NCBI RefSeq assembly: GCF_039654945.1
Contig: NW_027361750.1
Location: 12,028,001 to 12,092,000 of the forward strand
Reading direction: 5' to 3'
DNA: 64,000 bases
From: Dendrobates tinctorius
Lineage: Eukaryota
Both the position numbers and the translations under genes were made by a program. Numbering within the stretch: position 1 is the stretch's first letter; each line of letters begins with the position of its first letter. Positions 62,942-64,000 of this stretch are shown in pieces. The notes beneath the pieces are model-generated. The model was not told the DNA's origin. It did not search any database and saw only the letters and a program-made list of their open reading frames with translations.

Positions 62942-64000
62942 TAGAGTTGAGCGAAACAGGTCGGTCAGAATCAAAAATCGCCGACTTTCGCCAAATTCGG
63001 GTTTCGCCGATCGAAACCCGACCCTAGCGTGAGGTCAGCCATGAGGTCGCCGATCAGCGCCCCAAAGTCGCGTTTCAAATTATGCTTTCAGCGCCTTTTC
63101 TCACCCAATGATGGAGGACGCACACTGTGGGCAACGCGATGACATGCTCAGCGGCCAGCACCATCTTAGAGAAGGGCATTGAAGTGATTGGCTAGCTTTG
63201 TGTGGCATCACAGTGGGTATAAAAGGCTATGAACGCCGATCGCCATCTTACTTCTGCCAGTATTACAATAGGGAGAGGTGCTGCTGCTGATTCTGAACAG
63301 GGAGAGCATTAGGCAGGGAAGAAGAAAAAAAAACTGCTTCTGCTGATAGCGCTTTTCACTGTACAGTTAGTGTGCAGTGAAAGGGGAGGATTTTTGTTGT
63401 GTGCAGCAGCACTGGTGGTGATTAGGCTGCCTTTTAAGGCTACCTGCTATCTCCATTACTGTGTGCACAACTGCACACTGCTGTTCAAACTGCTTTTTTC
63501 AAAGCACTCCAAATTTTATTATTTTGTCCTGGTGAGTTACTGAGCGTTCATTTTTTCACACACCGTATAGCGGTGTATGCTCCTCACACACTACCGTGTA
63601 CCGGCTAGTATCACAGACAAATAGAAGCTATCTGGGTGTGACTCTGGAAGAAAAAGACGAGGAGTTTGTCCATTTTTCCTGACCTACACCATAGAGTTGT
63701 GTCCGTTTTTCAAACAGTTTCGCATATCTGCTGTTTGATTACAGTCAAAACTAGACAGAGACAGCGTGTGTCAGTCCGTATACAAATACACGGAGCGTGA
63801 CAATTTTCCATACAGACACCGTCTAGTGGTGTATGCTCCTCACACACTACCGAGTACCGGCTGGTATCACGGACAAATAGAAGCTATCTGGGTGTGACTC
63901 TGGAAGATGAGGAGTTTGTCCGTTTTTCCTGACCTACACCTTAGAGTTGTGTCCGTTTTTCAAACAGTTTCGCATATCTGCTGTTTGATAACAGTCAAAA
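62942..64000. mobile_element. hAT-like element start with an internal ~256-bp tandem repeat
   Basis: tagagttgagcga terminus, as in the 24377 MITE; repeat units start near 63561 and 63817. Confidence 0.6.

Overview
Eukaryotic, repeat-dominated DNA; the repeat families suggest a frog (inference). I could not support any host protein-coding exon. The window is a nested stack of transposable elements: Tc1/mariner copies, hAT and other MITEs, CR1 and L2 LINE pieces, a solo LTR and a near-intact Gmr1-type Gypsy element (31955-37176). It is unusually rich in Penelope-like elements (PLEs) carrying minimal hammerhead ribozymes. PLE-2 (16667-22916) is very young, with an intact 886-aa RT/GIY-YIG ORF, a tandem partial copy, a 5' inversion and a 13-bp TSD. 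The top candidate is PLE-1 (2184-9535, minus strand). Its N-terminal helical, basic-tailed ORF1 is separate from the RT ORF, and an in-phase U_UUU_UUA heptamer (6321-6315) would shift ORF1 into the RT frame by -1. This looks like a gag-pol-style programmed frameshift in an endonuclease-bearing Neptune-type PLE. Two small non-coding, TSD-flanked hammerhead elements are also present: an 824-bp insert in an L2 (39845-40668) and a near-perfect palindrome of about 330 bp (61133-61462).
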